Part shown: positions 31,589 to 41,251 of the stretch, piece by piece
Layout: every line of letters begins with the position of its first letter
Numbering within the stretch: position 1 is the stretch's first letter
Assembly: GCA_050125095.1 (NCBI GenBank)
Contig: JASFEA010000010.1
Span: 1-41,779, forward strand
Reading direction: 5' to 3'
Length of the DNA: 41,779 nt
Origin: a bacterium
GTDB lineage: Bacteria > Arandabacterota > Arandabacteria > Arandabacterales > JALGWA01
Notes under the pieces: model-generated
Seen by the model: the letters and a program-made list of their open reading frames with translations, nothing else
What the model was told of the DNA's origin: nothing
Database searches by the model: none
Program-made: the position numbers and the translations under genes

Positions 31589-31651
31589 CGAAGTCTGCTG
31601 ACTTCAGATCTCGAAGTAAGAACCGCCTGAAGAGGTTAAGGAGGTGTAGTC

Positions 31652-32968
31652 TTGGCCAAGAAGAAGGTCGTCATCATGGGGGCGGCCGGCAGGGATTTTC
31701 ACAATTTCAACGAGTTCTTCAGGGATAATGAGGACTATGAGGTGGTCGCTTTCACCGCCACCCAGATTCCTCATTCGGCTGACCGCATATATCCCGCATC
31801 CCTCGCCGGGAGGCTCTACCCGGACGGCATCCCCATTAAGAGAGAGGAAGATCTGAACCAGATCATAGAGAAGAGCCGCGCCGACGTGGTAGTATTCGCC
31901 TACAGCGACGTCAAACATACATACGTGATGCACAAGGCGTCCCAGGTGATAGCTTCGGGGGCGGACTACTGGCTCATGGGCGCGGAGTCCACCTGGATTT
32001 CGTCCGGAAAGCCGCTGGTCTCCGTCTGTGCCGTGCGCACGGGTTGCGGCAAGAGCCAGACGACGCGCCGGGTCTGCGAGATACTCGAAGCGGCCGGCAG
32101 GAAGACAGTCGTTATCAGGCACCCCATGCCGTACGGGGACCTGGCCGAGCAGGCCGTGCAGAGATTCGCCACACACGAGGACCTTGATATCCACGAGTGC
32201 ACCATCGAGGAGAGGGAGGAGTATGAGCCGCATATCGACAAGGGCCGCGTCGTGTACGCCGGTGTCGATTACGGGGCCATACTCAGGGAAGCCGAAAAAG
32301 AAGCCGACGTCGTCGTCTGGGACGGGGGAAACAACGATTTGCCGTTCTACAGACCTGACCTGCAGATTGTCGTCGTCGATCCTCTGAGGCCCGGCGATGA
32401 ACTCGAATACCATCCGGGCGAGGCCAACTTCCGTATGGCCGATGTCTTCGTGATAAACAAGGTGGACACCGCCTCTAAGGAAGGCATCGATACCGTAAAG
32501 AGGAACATCGCCGCCATATCTCCGAACGCCACCGTAATAGAGGCGGAGTCGCCCATATCGGTCGAGGACCCCGGTCTCATAAAGGGCAAGCGCGTTCTCG
32601 TGATCGAAGACGGTCCTACGCTCACGCATGGTGGAATGGAATACGGGGCGGGCATGGTGGCTGCCAGGAAGTTCGGCGCCGCCGAATGCATCGATCCCCA
32701 TCCCTTCGCGGTGGGCGAGATCGTCGACACGCTTGAGAAATACACTCATATAAAGGACCTGGTTCCCGCGATGGGTTACGGGGAGGGGCAGGTGCGTGAT
32801 CTCGAAGCGACAATAAACGCCAGCGGGGCCGACATCGTTCTGAGCGGCACGCCGATCGACATAACGAGAGTAATCGAAACAGACATCCCGGTGGTCCGTG
32901 TCACCTACGACCTCAAGGTGGTGGGAAAGCCGGACCTGGGTTCCGTGCTCGAAAGTTTCCTAAGCTAG
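31652..32968 (+). CDS. COG2403 P-loop ligase (often annotated cDPG synthetase-like/GTPase); likely arginine synthetase ArcE homolog
   Basis: IMGAAGRDFHNFN, AFTATQIP, AVRTGCGKSQTTR, RHPMPYGDL, TIEEREEYEPH, WDGGNND, EDGPTLTHG, PAMGY. Confidence 0.8.
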   Translation: MAKKKVVIMGAAGRDFHNFNEFFRDNEDYEVVAFTATQIPHSADRIYPASLAGRLYPDGIPIKREEDLNQIIEKSRADVVVFAYSDVKHTYVMHKASQVIASGADYWLMGAESTWISSGKPLVSVCAVRTGCGKSQTTRRVCEILEAAGRKTVVIRHPMPYGDLAEQAVQRFATHEDLDIHECTIEEREEYEPHIDKGRVVYAGVDYGAILREAEKEADVVVWDGGNNDLPFYRPDLQIVVVDPLRPGDELEYHPGEANFRMADVFVINKVDTASKEGIDTVKRNIAAISPNATVIEAESPISVEDPGLIKGKRVLVIEDGPTLTHGGMEYGAGMVAARKFGAAECIDPHPFAVGEIVDTLEKYTHIKDLVPAMGYGEGQVRDLEATINASGADIVLSGTPIDITRVIETDIPVVRVTYDLKVVGKPDLGSVLESFLS

Positions 32969-32981
32969 AGGAGGTAGTGAA

Positions 32982-34118
<1,137 letters not shown>

Positions 34119-34121
34119 CGA

Positions 34122-34988
34122 ATGGGAGTGTTCGTCGGAAAAGACACGAAGCTCGTCGTCCAGGGAATAACCGGAAGGGACGGCATGTTCCATACTCTCC
34201 AGATGAGGGACTACGGTACGAACGTCGTAGCGGGCGTGACGCCGGGCAAAGGAGGAACGGACGTCGAGGGCATTCCCGTCTTTGACTCCGTCCAGGACGC
34301 GGCTCGGAAGACCGGCGCCAACACCTCGGTCATTTACGTGCCCTCATTCGCTGCGCCGGACGCGATATATGAGGCCTGCGACGCGGGATGCAATCTGGTC
34401 GTATGCATCACCGAAGGTATTCCCGCCCTCGAGATGGTCAAAGTTATGAACTACATCAGGACCAGGAACACCAGGCTCATAGGTCCGAACTGCCCCGGCA
34501 TCATAACGCCCGGCCAGGCGAAGGTCGGCATCATGCCGGGGCATATTCACAGGCCCGGTTCGGTCGGCGTGGTGTCGCGAAGCGGTACGCTCACCTACGA
34601 AGTCGTGTACCAGCTTACCTCAAGGGATATAGGTCAGTCGACATGCATAGGCATCGGCGGCGATCCCATTATCGGGACGAATTTCATCGACGCGCTTACA
34701 GCTTTCGAAGCGGACCCCGGGACCAGTGCAATCGTGCTCATCGGGGAGATCGGCGGGACTGACGAAGAGGAAGCCGCCAGCTTCATAAAGGAAAAGGTGA
34801 ATAAGCCGGTCGTAGCTTTTATCGCCGGCGTCACGGCGCCGCCCGGAAAACGAATGGGTCATGCGGGAGCCATCATCTCGGGCGGAACGGGGACTGCTAA
34901 AGAGAAGATCGAAGCTTTCGAAGCGTGCGGCGTTCCGGTTGCAAAAACTCCGTCCGAGATCGGCGAGCTTGTCGCGAAACAGGTGTGA
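34122..34988 (+). CDS. sucD: Succinyl-CoA synthetase alpha subunit
   Basis: [51 protein letters not shown]. Confidence 0.96.
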   Translation: MGVFVGKDTKLVVQGITGRDGMFHTLQMRDYGTNVVAGVTPGKGGTDVEGIPVFDSVQDAARKTGANTSVIYVPSFAAPDAIYEACDAGCNLVVCITEGIPALEMVKVMNYIRTRNTRLIGPNCPGIITPGQAKVGIMPGHIHRPGSVGVVSRSGTLTYEVVYQLTSRDIGQSTCIGIGGDPIIGTNFIDALTAFEADPGTSAIVLIGEIGGTDEEEAASFIKEKVNKPVVAFIAGVTAPPGKRMGHAGAIISGGTGTAKEKIEAFEACGVPVAKTPSEIGELVAKQV

Positions 34989-35058
34989 AAAAAAACTAAC
35001 AAAAAAGCAAAAAGCGACTTAAAAAGCTTGACAAATTCTTTTTGTAGTTGTGTTATCT
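34988..35058 (+). promoter_or_regulatory. A-tract (UP element-like) region and -35 box upstream of the histone-like gene
   Basis: A-tracts at 34988, 35001, 35009 and 35021, then TTGACA 35028-35033; the -10 box is ambiguous (TGTTAT/TTATCT). Confidence 0.55.
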
Positions 35059-35169
35059 CTTTAAGTGTGATCGGTTAGTGGTCATCCTCTTTCTGAGTTC
35101 GGCTCAGACAAGAAGAACCGAAGAGAGGCGAACCAGAGAGGACCAACCTAAGGAAAGGGGGCTTGAGAG

Positions 35170-35451
35170 ATGGCCGTCGCCAGGAAGCGGAAAGCAACGA
35201 AGAGAAAAGCTACAAAGCGCAAGACGACGAAGCGCAAGACGACGAAGCGCAAGACGACAAAGCGCAAGACGACGAAGCGCAAGACGACGCGTAAGAAGAC
35301 GACGAAGAAGAAGACCACGAAGAAGCGCAAGACTACGCGTAAGAAGACCGCGAAGAAGAAGACCACAAAGAAGCGCAAGACCACGCGTAAGAAGACCGCG
35401 AAGAAGAAGACCACGAAGAAGCGCAAGACTACGCGTAAGAAGAAGAAATAG
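35170..35451 (+). CDS. Histone H1/Hc2-like basic repeat protein (93 aa, 57 K+R, 28 T, no acidic residues)
   Basis: KRKTT-type pentapeptide repeats with mostly synonymous third-position variation; purine-rich RBS; own promoter and terminator. Confidence 0.8.
   Translation: MAVARKRKATKRKATKRKTTKRKTTKRKTTKRKTTKRKTTRKKTTKKKTTKKRKTTRKKTAKKKTTKKRKTTRKKTAKKKTTKKRKTTRKKKK
35185..35448 (+). repeat. Coding tandem repeat: 6x15-nt units, then 3x48-nt higher-order units plus a partial unit
   Basis: AAGCGCAAGACGACG-type units; the 16-aa unit KRKTTRKKT(T/A)KKKTTK occurs three times. Confidence 0.9.
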
Positions 35452-35477
35452 TCGTCTTCATTCTTAGGATTTTTTTG

Positions 35478-35506
35478 GGCGGCAGGCTCAAGGGCCTGCC
35501 GCCTTT
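35478..35506 (+). terminator. Intrinsic terminator after the histone-like gene
   Basis: GGCGGCAGGC-TCAAGG-GCCTGCCGCC then TTT. Confidence 0.8.
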
Positions 35507-35573
35507 AATTAAATTGGGGTTGCGGGGGCATACGAGTTCTGTTATACGTTCATAGGTATCGCAGGACCAAGGC

Positions 35574-35599
35574 AAGGGTTCCGGCCAGGGACCCTTTTT
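35574..35599 (+). terminator. Terminator-like hairpin immediately upstream of ndk
   Basis: AAGGGTTCC-GGCCA-GGGACCCTT then TTT. Confidence 0.55.
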
Positions 35600-35601
35600 A
35601 A

Positions 35602-36024
35602 GTGAGGTGCCGGAAGCTGGAACGGACCCTGATAATCGTAAAGCCCGATGCCGTGAAGCGGGGGCTGACGGGCAAGATCCTCTCGATTCTGGAGGAGAAC
35701 GACCTCCGCATCGTCGCGATGCTGATGACAAGGCTGTCCGCCGAGCGGGCGGGTGCGTTTTACGCCGTTCACCGCGAAAAGCCATTCTATCAGAACCTGG
35801 TTTCCTACATGACGTCGGGCGAATGCGTCCCGGCAGCCGTCGAGGGTGTCGATGCCATAACCCTTGTCAGGGCTCTTTGCGGCAACACCGATCCCTCAAA
35901 AGCTGAAGAGGGCACCGTAAGAGCGGCCTACGGGCTCAGCGTCACAATGAACTCCATTCACGCTTCTGATTCTCCCAGTACGGCGCAGGAGGAAGTCGCA
36001 TTTTTCTTTCCTGATCTCGTGTGA
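35602..36024 (+). CDS. ndk: Nucleoside diphosphate kinase (true start possibly CTG 35617)
   Basis: ERTLIIVKPDAVKR, FYAVH..KPFY, MTSG, GTVRA, NSIHASDS. Confidence 0.95.
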   Translation: MRCRKLERTLIIVKPDAVKRGLTGKILSILEENDLRIVAMLMTRLSAERAGAFYAVHREKPFYQNLVSYMTSGECVPAAVEGVDAITLVRALCGNTDPSKAEEGTVRAAYGLSVTMNSIHASDSPSTAQEEVAFFFPDLV

Positions 36025-36905
36025 GGCTTACTTTGCCACTTAAGAGAATCTTCATCGCAGGCGCCGGCATGATAGGGCAGGGGATTGCCGAGGTCGCGGC
36101 CTCGTCCGGCATCGAAGTCGTGCTTTCCGACATCGACGAAAGCAGGCTCAGTGCCGGGCTCACGGGGGTCGAGGCGAGTCTGGACGCCTCAATTGAGCGA
36201 TGGGGCATCACGTCCGGCGAGAAGCGGTCCATACTCTCGCGCATCCGGACAGTGGTCGGCATAGAGGAGGTCGAGGACTGTGAATTCGCTATCGAGGCGG
36301 TGCCCGAGAAGTTGAATGTCAAGATGGCTCTCTTCAGGCAGTTCGAGGAGTCCTTCGCCCCGGAGACCATTTTCGTGACGACCACTTCCACGCTCAGCAT
36401 TACGCGAATCGCCGGTGAGACAGCGCGGCCGGAGAAGGTTGTAGGGATGCACTTCCTGCACCCGGTGCCCAAGAGGGGCGTAGTCGAGGTAGTGCGCGCG
36501 CTCAAAACCTCAGATGAGACATTGGCGGCGGCGGTGGGCCTGGCCACCGAGATGAAGAAGCAAGTCGTGGAGGTTTACGAGTACCCTGGATTCGTGACCA
36601 CCAGGGTCATCATCCCCTTTATAAACGAGGCCGCTTATGCCCTGATGGAAGGAGTGGCGAGCGTCGAAGGCATCGATACGGCCATGAAGCTGGGATTCGA
36701 TTTCCCTGTGGGCCCCCTGGAGCTCGCCGACAGTATCGGCCTCGATGAGCTGATCCAGCGTATGGAGGGCATGTTCCATGAGCTGGGTGATTTCAAGTAC
36801 AGGCCCTGCCCCCTCTTGAGGAAAATGGTAAGGGAACGCAAACTGGGGCGGAAGACCGGGGAGGGTTTCTACAAGTACCCGGACGCCGGAGAAGGCAAGC
36901 GGTGA
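36021..36905 (+). CDS. 3-hydroxyacyl(butyryl)-CoA dehydrogenase family protein
   Basis: GAGMIGQGIA, IEAVPE, GMHF, EGVAS..IDTAMKLG..PVGPLELAD.IGLD, LGRKTGEGFY. Confidence 0.88.
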   Translation: MRLTLPLKRIFIAGAGMIGQGIAEVAASSGIEVVLSDIDESRLSAGLTGVEASLDASIERWGITSGEKRSILSRIRTVVGIEEVEDCEFAIEAVPEKLNVKMALFRQFEESFAPETIFVTTTSTLSITRIAGETARPEKVVGMHFLHPVPKRGVVEVVRALKTSDETLAAAVGLATEMKKQVVEVYEYPGFVTTRVIIPFINEAAYALMEGVASVEGIDTAMKLGFDFPVGPLELADSIGLDELIQRMEGMFHELGDFKYRPCPLLRKMVRERKLGRKTGEGFYKYPDAGEGKR

Positions 36906-38131
36906 GAATCCTCGTAATCAACTCCGGAAGTTCCTCGGTGAAGTACAAGTTCTTCGTCACTCCGGAAAGGAAGAGCCTGGCTGAGGGTCAGGTTGAACGC
37001 ATCGGACTTTCCGGGTCGCTTCTGCATCACAAGAGGGCGGACGGCGACAGAGTGAGGGTCGGGGTCGAAATCACCGACCACGCTCAGGCCATAGATTCGG
37101 TGATCGCCGTTCTCATAAGCCCGAACCACGGGGTGATAACAGACAGAAGCGAGATCGACGCGGTGGGTCACAGGATCGCACACGGGGGCGAGAAACTCAC
37201 CGAGTCGGTGCTGATTACGCCCGAAGTCAGGGATGAGATAGAGAATTGCATAGAGCTCGCGCCTCTGCATAATCCTCACAACCTGCGGGGCATCGACGCA
37301 TGCGCCGAGCTCCTCCCGGGCGTTCCGCAGGTGGCCGTGTTCGACACGGCCTTTCACCATACTATTCCGCCCGAGGCCTATGTCTACGCGCTTCCCTATG
37401 TTCTCTACAGACGGTACGGGCTCAGGCGGTACGGTTTTCACGGACCGTCCCACTACTATGTGGCCGGGCGCGCCGCCGATATGATGGGCAGGAAGATCGA
37501 GGACCTCAGGATAATCACCTGCCATCTCGGGAACGGGTGCAGCATGGCCGCCGTTCGGTACGGCAAGTCCATAGACACTTCGATGGGATTCACCCCGCTT
37601 GAAGGCCTTGTAATGGGGACACGTTGCGGGGACATAGACCCCGCGACGGTGCTCTACGTAATGGGTAAGGAGCGCCTCACGATCAGCGAGGCGAACGCCA
37701 TGATGAATAAGCACAGCGGTCTCGCCGGCGTCTCGGGCATCTCGAGCGACATGAGGGAGATTGAGGACGAGGCCCTTGCCGGCAACAAACGGGCCGGCCT
37801 GGCTCTGGACATCTTCTCCTACCGCGTCAGGAAATACATAGGGGCCTATGCGGCGGCCATGGGAGGCGTCGACGCCATCGTCTTCACGGGCGGAATCGGG
37901 GTCAACTCCCCCGTGGTGAGGCGGAAGTCGCTTGAGGGGCTTGACTATATCGGCGCGAAGCTTGAGGATAGCGTAAACGAAGAGTCCAAGGGCCGTGACG
38001 TGGACCTTTCCGCCGCCGACTCCAGAGTCAGAATTCTCACGATACTTACAAATGAGGAGTTGGTTATCGCCCTGGATACTGATAGAATAGCCGGAAACTT
38101 GAAGACGCCGGAGGACGGTTTACATGTATAG
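36902..38131 (+). CDS. ackA: Acetate kinase
   Basis: LVINSGSSSVK, GHRIAHGG, LAPLHNP, VFDTAFH, RYGFHG, HLGNG, TSMGFTPLEG, FTGGIG, TNEE. Confidence 0.95.
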   Translation: MRILVINSGSSSVKYKFFVTPERKSLAEGQVERIGLSGSLLHHKRADGDRVRVGVEITDHAQAIDSVIAVLISPNHGVITDRSEIDAVGHRIAHGGEKLTESVLITPEVRDEIENCIELAPLHNPHNLRGIDACAELLPGVPQVAVFDTAFHHTIPPEAYVYALPYVLYRRYGLRRYGFHGPSHYYVAGRAADMMGRKIEDLRIITCHLGNGCSMAAVRYGKSIDTSMGFTPLEGLVMGTRCGDIDPATVLYVMGKERLTISEANAMMNKHSGLAGVSGISSDMREIEDEALAGNKRAGLALDIFSYRVRKYIGAYAAAMGGVDAIVFTGGIGVNSPVVRRKSLEGLDYIGAKLEDSVNEESKGRDVDLSAADSRVRILTILTNEELVIALDTDRIAGNLKTPEDGLHV

Positions 38132-38969
38132 GATTGTAAGGAAAGAGGAACTGACGCCTGAGATCAAGCTCTACAACGTCGAGGCGCCCTTCATCGCAAC
38201 CAAGGTCCAGCCGGGCCAGTTCGTGGTCATAAGGCTGCACGACGAGGGGGAGAGGATTCCGCTCACGGTTGCGGACTTCGACCGCGAGAAGGGCACGATC
38301 ACGCTTATAGTGGCCGAGATCGGAAAGACGACCATGGAGATGGGGACGTTCGATGAGGGCGACAGCATACTCGATCTGGTGGGCCCGCTGGGCAAGGCGA
38401 CCCATATAGAAAACTACGGCACGGTGGCCTGCGTCGGCGGCGGCATCGGTATCGCACCCGTATTCCCCATAGCCAGAGCTCTCAAAGCGGCGGGCAACAA
38501 GGTCGTCTCCATCATAGGGGCCAGATGCAAGGACATACTGATTCTAGAGGACTGGATGAAAGGGGCAAGCAACGAGCTCTACGTGACCACGGACGACGGT
38601 TCCTACGGCATACATGGATTCGTCACCCGGCAGATGGAGAAGCTCATCGATGAAGGCTACAAGTTCGACTACGCGGTCGGCATCGGCCCAGTCCCGATGA
38701 TGAGGGCTTTTTCCGGGGTCACCATAAAGCACAACATAAAGTCGATCGTGAGCCTCAACCCCATAATGATCGACGGGACGGGCATGTGCGGCGTCTGCCG
38801 GGTGCAGGTCGACGGCAAGACCAAATTCGCCTGTGTGGACGGCCCCGAGTTTGACGCTCATCTGGTGGATTACGATCTTCTCCTGTCCAGGCAGATGACC
38901 TATTGCACCGAAGAGAAGAAATCGCTTGAGAAGTACCAGAAATGCCGCGGGGACTGCGGCAGCCACTAG
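38124..38969 (+). CDS. nfnA: Electron-bifurcating transhydrogenase small subunit NfnA (SudB-like)
   Basis: PGQFV, GERIPLT, GPLG, GGGIG, TDDGS, GPVPMM, DGTGMCGVCRV..CVDGPEF. Confidence 0.88.
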   Translation: MYRIVRKEELTPEIKLYNVEAPFIATKVQPGQFVVIRLHDEGERIPLTVADFDREKGTITLIVAEIGKTTMEMGTFDEGDSILDLVGPLGKATHIENYGTVACVGGGIGIAPVFPIARALKAAGNKVVSIIGARCKDILILEDWMKGASNELYVTTDDGSYGIHGFVTRQMEKLIDEGYKFDYAVGIGPVPMMRAFSGVTIKHNIKSIVSLNPIMIDGTGMCGVCRVQVDGKTKFACVDGPEFDAHLVDYDLLLSRQMTYCTEEKKSLEKYQKCRGDCGSH

Positions 38970-39015
38970 CTTATACGGGAACTCAAGACATATATAATAG
39001 ACGAGGGAGCCGAAA

Positions 39016-40431
39016 GTGAGTGACAACAAGCCGAGGAGAAAAGGCTCCGAGCCGCGGGAGGAAATGCCCCGGCAGGATCCGAAGATAAGGCGCACCAACT
39101 TCGACGAGGTGGCGCTTGGCTATTCCCTAGAGCAGGCCGTGGCGGAGGCGCAGCGCTGCCTCAACTGCAAGAAGCCTTTCTGCGTAAACGGCTGCCCGGT
39201 GGAAATCGACATCCCGGCTTTCGTGACTGCCATCGCCGAGGGGGACTTCGACAGGGCGGCCCTCAAGCTCAAGGAGAAGAACGCGCTGCCGGCCGTCTGC
39301 GGACGCGTCTGCCCGCAGGAGGACCAGTGCGAGAAGCAGTGCGTGCTCGGTAAGAAGTGGGAGCCGCTCGCCATCGGCAGGCTCGAACGTTTTGCCGCGG
39401 ACTGGGAGGCCAAGCAGGGCAGGATGAACCTGCCCGAGGTCGCGCCGCCGACGGGCAAGAAGGTGGGTGTGGTAGGATCGGGACCCGCGGGGCTTACGGT
39501 GGCGGCCGACCTTGCCATGCTGGGCCACGAGGTCACCATATTCGAGGCTCTGCATGCGCCCGGCGGTGTGCTCGTGTACGGCATCCCCGAGTTCAGGTTG
39601 CCCAAGAGCATAGTCGCAAGAGAGGTCGAGTTCATAGAGAAGCTCGGCGTGAAGGTGGAGGTCAACTTCGTCGTCGGCGCCACCAGGACCATCGACGAGC
39701 TCATGAACCAGGAGGGATATGACGCCATATTCATAGCGACCGGCGCAGGGCTTCCCTACTTCATGAACATCCCGGGCGAGAATCTCAACGGGGTCTACTC
39801 GGCCAACGAGTTCCTGACGCGCTCCAACCTGATGAAGGCCTACCGGTTCCCCGAGTTCGACACGCCGATAAAGGTCGGAACCCGTGTCGCGGTGGTGGGC
39901 GGCGGGAACGTGGCCATGGATTCTGTGAGGACGGCTATGAGGTTGGGCGCGGATGAAGTGTACTGCGTTTACAGAAGGTCGCGGGCCGAGATGCCCGCGA
40001 GGGAAGAGGAGATCGAGAACGCCCTTGAGGAGGAGATGATTCTCAAAGAGCTCCACAATCCCGTCCGTATCATAGATGACGGCAAGGGCTGGGTGAAGCA
40101 GATCGAATGCGTAAAGATGCGCCTCGGCGAACCCGACGCGAGCGGCCGCAGGCGGCCGGTGCCCATCGAGGGCTCGGAGTTCACAATAGACGTAGATGTG
40201 GTCGTTATCGCCATCGGACAGGGCCCGAACCCGCTGGTCCCGTCCACGACCCCCGGTCTTGATACCAACAAGTGGGGCAATATTCTAGCGGACGACGAGA
40301 CCGGGCTGACCAGCCTCGAGGGCGTATACGCAGGCGGCGACATAGTGACCGGGGCGGCTACCGTCATCCTGGCCATGGGGGCGGGGAGGAAGGCGGCCAG
40401 GGCCATAAACGAGTATCTCAAGACCAGGTGA
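39016..40431 (+). CDS. nfnB: NfnB large subunit (GltD/SudA-like)
   Basis: RCLNCKKPFCVNGCP, CGRVCPQEDQCEKQC, GSGPAG, YGIPEFRLPK, GGGNVAMD, GGDIVTGAATVILAMG; adjacent to nfnA, no gltB nearby. Confidence 0.88.
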   Translation: MSDNKPRRKGSEPREEMPRQDPKIRRTNFDEVALGYSLEQAVAEAQRCLNCKKPFCVNGCPVEIDIPAFVTAIAEGDFDRAALKLKEKNALPAVCGRVCPQEDQCEKQCVLGKKWEPLAIGRLERFAADWEAKQGRMNLPEVAPPTGKKVGVVGSGPAGLTVAADLAMLGHEVTIFEALHAPGGVLVYGIPEFRLPKSIVAREVEFIEKLGVKVEVNFVVGATRTIDELMNQEGYDAIFIATGAGLPYFMNIPGENLNGVYSANEFLTRSNLMKAYRFPEFDTPIKVGTRVAVVGGGNVAMDSVRTAMRLGADEVYCVYRRSRAEMPAREEEIENALEEEMILKELHNPVRIIDDGKGWVKQIECVKMRLGEPDASGRRRPVPIEGSEFTIDVDVVVIAIGQGPNPLVPSTTPGLDTNKWGNILADDETGLTSLEGVYAGGDIVTGAATVILAMGAGRKAARAINEYLKTR

Positions 40432-40436
40432 CGGGC

Positions 40437-40465
40437 TTGACACTGCAGGGGCCGTAAATTAACAT
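40437..40465 (+). promoter_or_regulatory. Sigma70-type promoter for yceD-rpmF-plsX
   Basis: TTGACA-N17-TAACAT. Confidence 0.7.
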
Positions 40466-40478
40466 AACGGAGCGGCAG

Positions 40479-40994
40479 TTGATAAGAATCGAGCTGGATG
40501 CCATACCGGAAGGATTTTCGCATATCGACCTCCTGGAGGAAGCCTCGGAGGTCGGATTCGGCGAGGACATCGGCATTGTGTCGCTTGACTCGCCGGTCAG
40601 CCTCGCGCTGGACGCCATGAGGTCGACGGCCGAGATAGTCCTGAGGGGAAGGGCCGGTGTGGACGTGACGCTGGATTGTGGGCGCTGCCTCAAGCAGTAC
40701 GGGACCAGACTTGAGGCCGGCCTCAACATACTCTGTGTTTTCGGGCAGGTGGCCCCCGATGGAGTGGACGGCTGTCGCGAGGGGGTCATCGAGATTTCCG
40801 CCAATTCGAGATTCATCGATATATCGGGGGAGGTAAGGAGCGAGCTGATGCTGGTCTTGCCGGTCAAGCCCCTCTGCAGCGACGACTGCAAGGGCCTATG
40901 CCCCGTGTGCGGCGCCAATCTGAATGAGACGACGTGTTCGTGCGAGCGCGATGAGCATGACAGCAGATGGGATGCTCTGAAGAATCTTAAGTAA
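40479..40994 (+). CDS. yceD: YceD/DUF177 protein
   Basis: CGRCL, P.KPLCSDDCKGLCPVCGANLN..C.C, RWDALK; upstream of rpmF. Confidence 0.92.
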   Translation: MIRIELDAIPEGFSHIDLLEEASEVGFGEDIGIVSLDSPVSLALDAMRSTAEIVLRGRAGVDVTLDCGRCLKQYGTRLEAGLNILCVFGQVAPDGVDGCREGVIEISANSRFIDISGEVRSELMLVLPVKPLCSDDCKGLCPVCGANLNETTCSCERDEHDSRWDALKNLK

Positions 40995-41030
40995 GCGCTT
41001 TAACTGATTTCAATTAAAGGAGATAGGTGA

Positions 41031-41207
41031 ATGGCAGTACCAAAGCGTAAAGTCTCTAAGACCAGGAAGAAGAAGCGGCGCACGCATTACAAGCTTGAGT
41101 CGCCCGGACTCTCAGTTTGCCCGAACTGCAATGAGCCGATGGTTCCTCACCGGGCATGTCCACACTGCGGTTACTACAAGGGTCGCAAGGTCCTGGATAC
41201 CGAGTAG
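41031..41207 (+). CDS. rpmF: 50S ribosomal protein L32 (zinc-ribbon form; missing from the ORF track)
   Basis: Manual translation [67 protein letters not shown]. Confidence 0.96.
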   Translation: MAVPKRKVSKTRKKKRRTHYKLESPGLSVCPNCNEPMVPHRACPHCGYYKGRKVLDTE

Positions 41208-41251
41208 CCATATCCTTGTAACCCTGTCCGTCCACGGAAGGGGTGGGCAAA

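Noticed and set aside
31652-32968. Calling this a true cyclic 2,3-diphosphoglycerate synthetase
   Set aside because: No adjacent 2-phosphoglycerate kinase; the GAAGRDFHNFN-type N-terminus fits the broader COG2403/ArcE group
34988-34995. A8 tract as a phase-variation switch
   Set aside because: Short, intergenic, upstream of the -35 box and one of several A-tracts; better explained as an UP element or DNA bend
35185-35448. Repeat array as CRISPR or a non-coding VNTR
   Set aside because: Units are contiguous with no unique spacers, lengths are multiples of 3, variation is mostly synonymous, and no cas genes are present
35048-35467. Alternative Arg-rich (+) ORF and hydrophobic (-) ORF 35148-35426
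   Set aside because: Shadow frames of the repeat; the K/R/T frame has the RBS, an ATG and wobble-position variation
39016-40431. Glutamate synthase small subunit
   Set aside because: No gltB nearby; pairing with the NfnA-type gene indicates NfnAB
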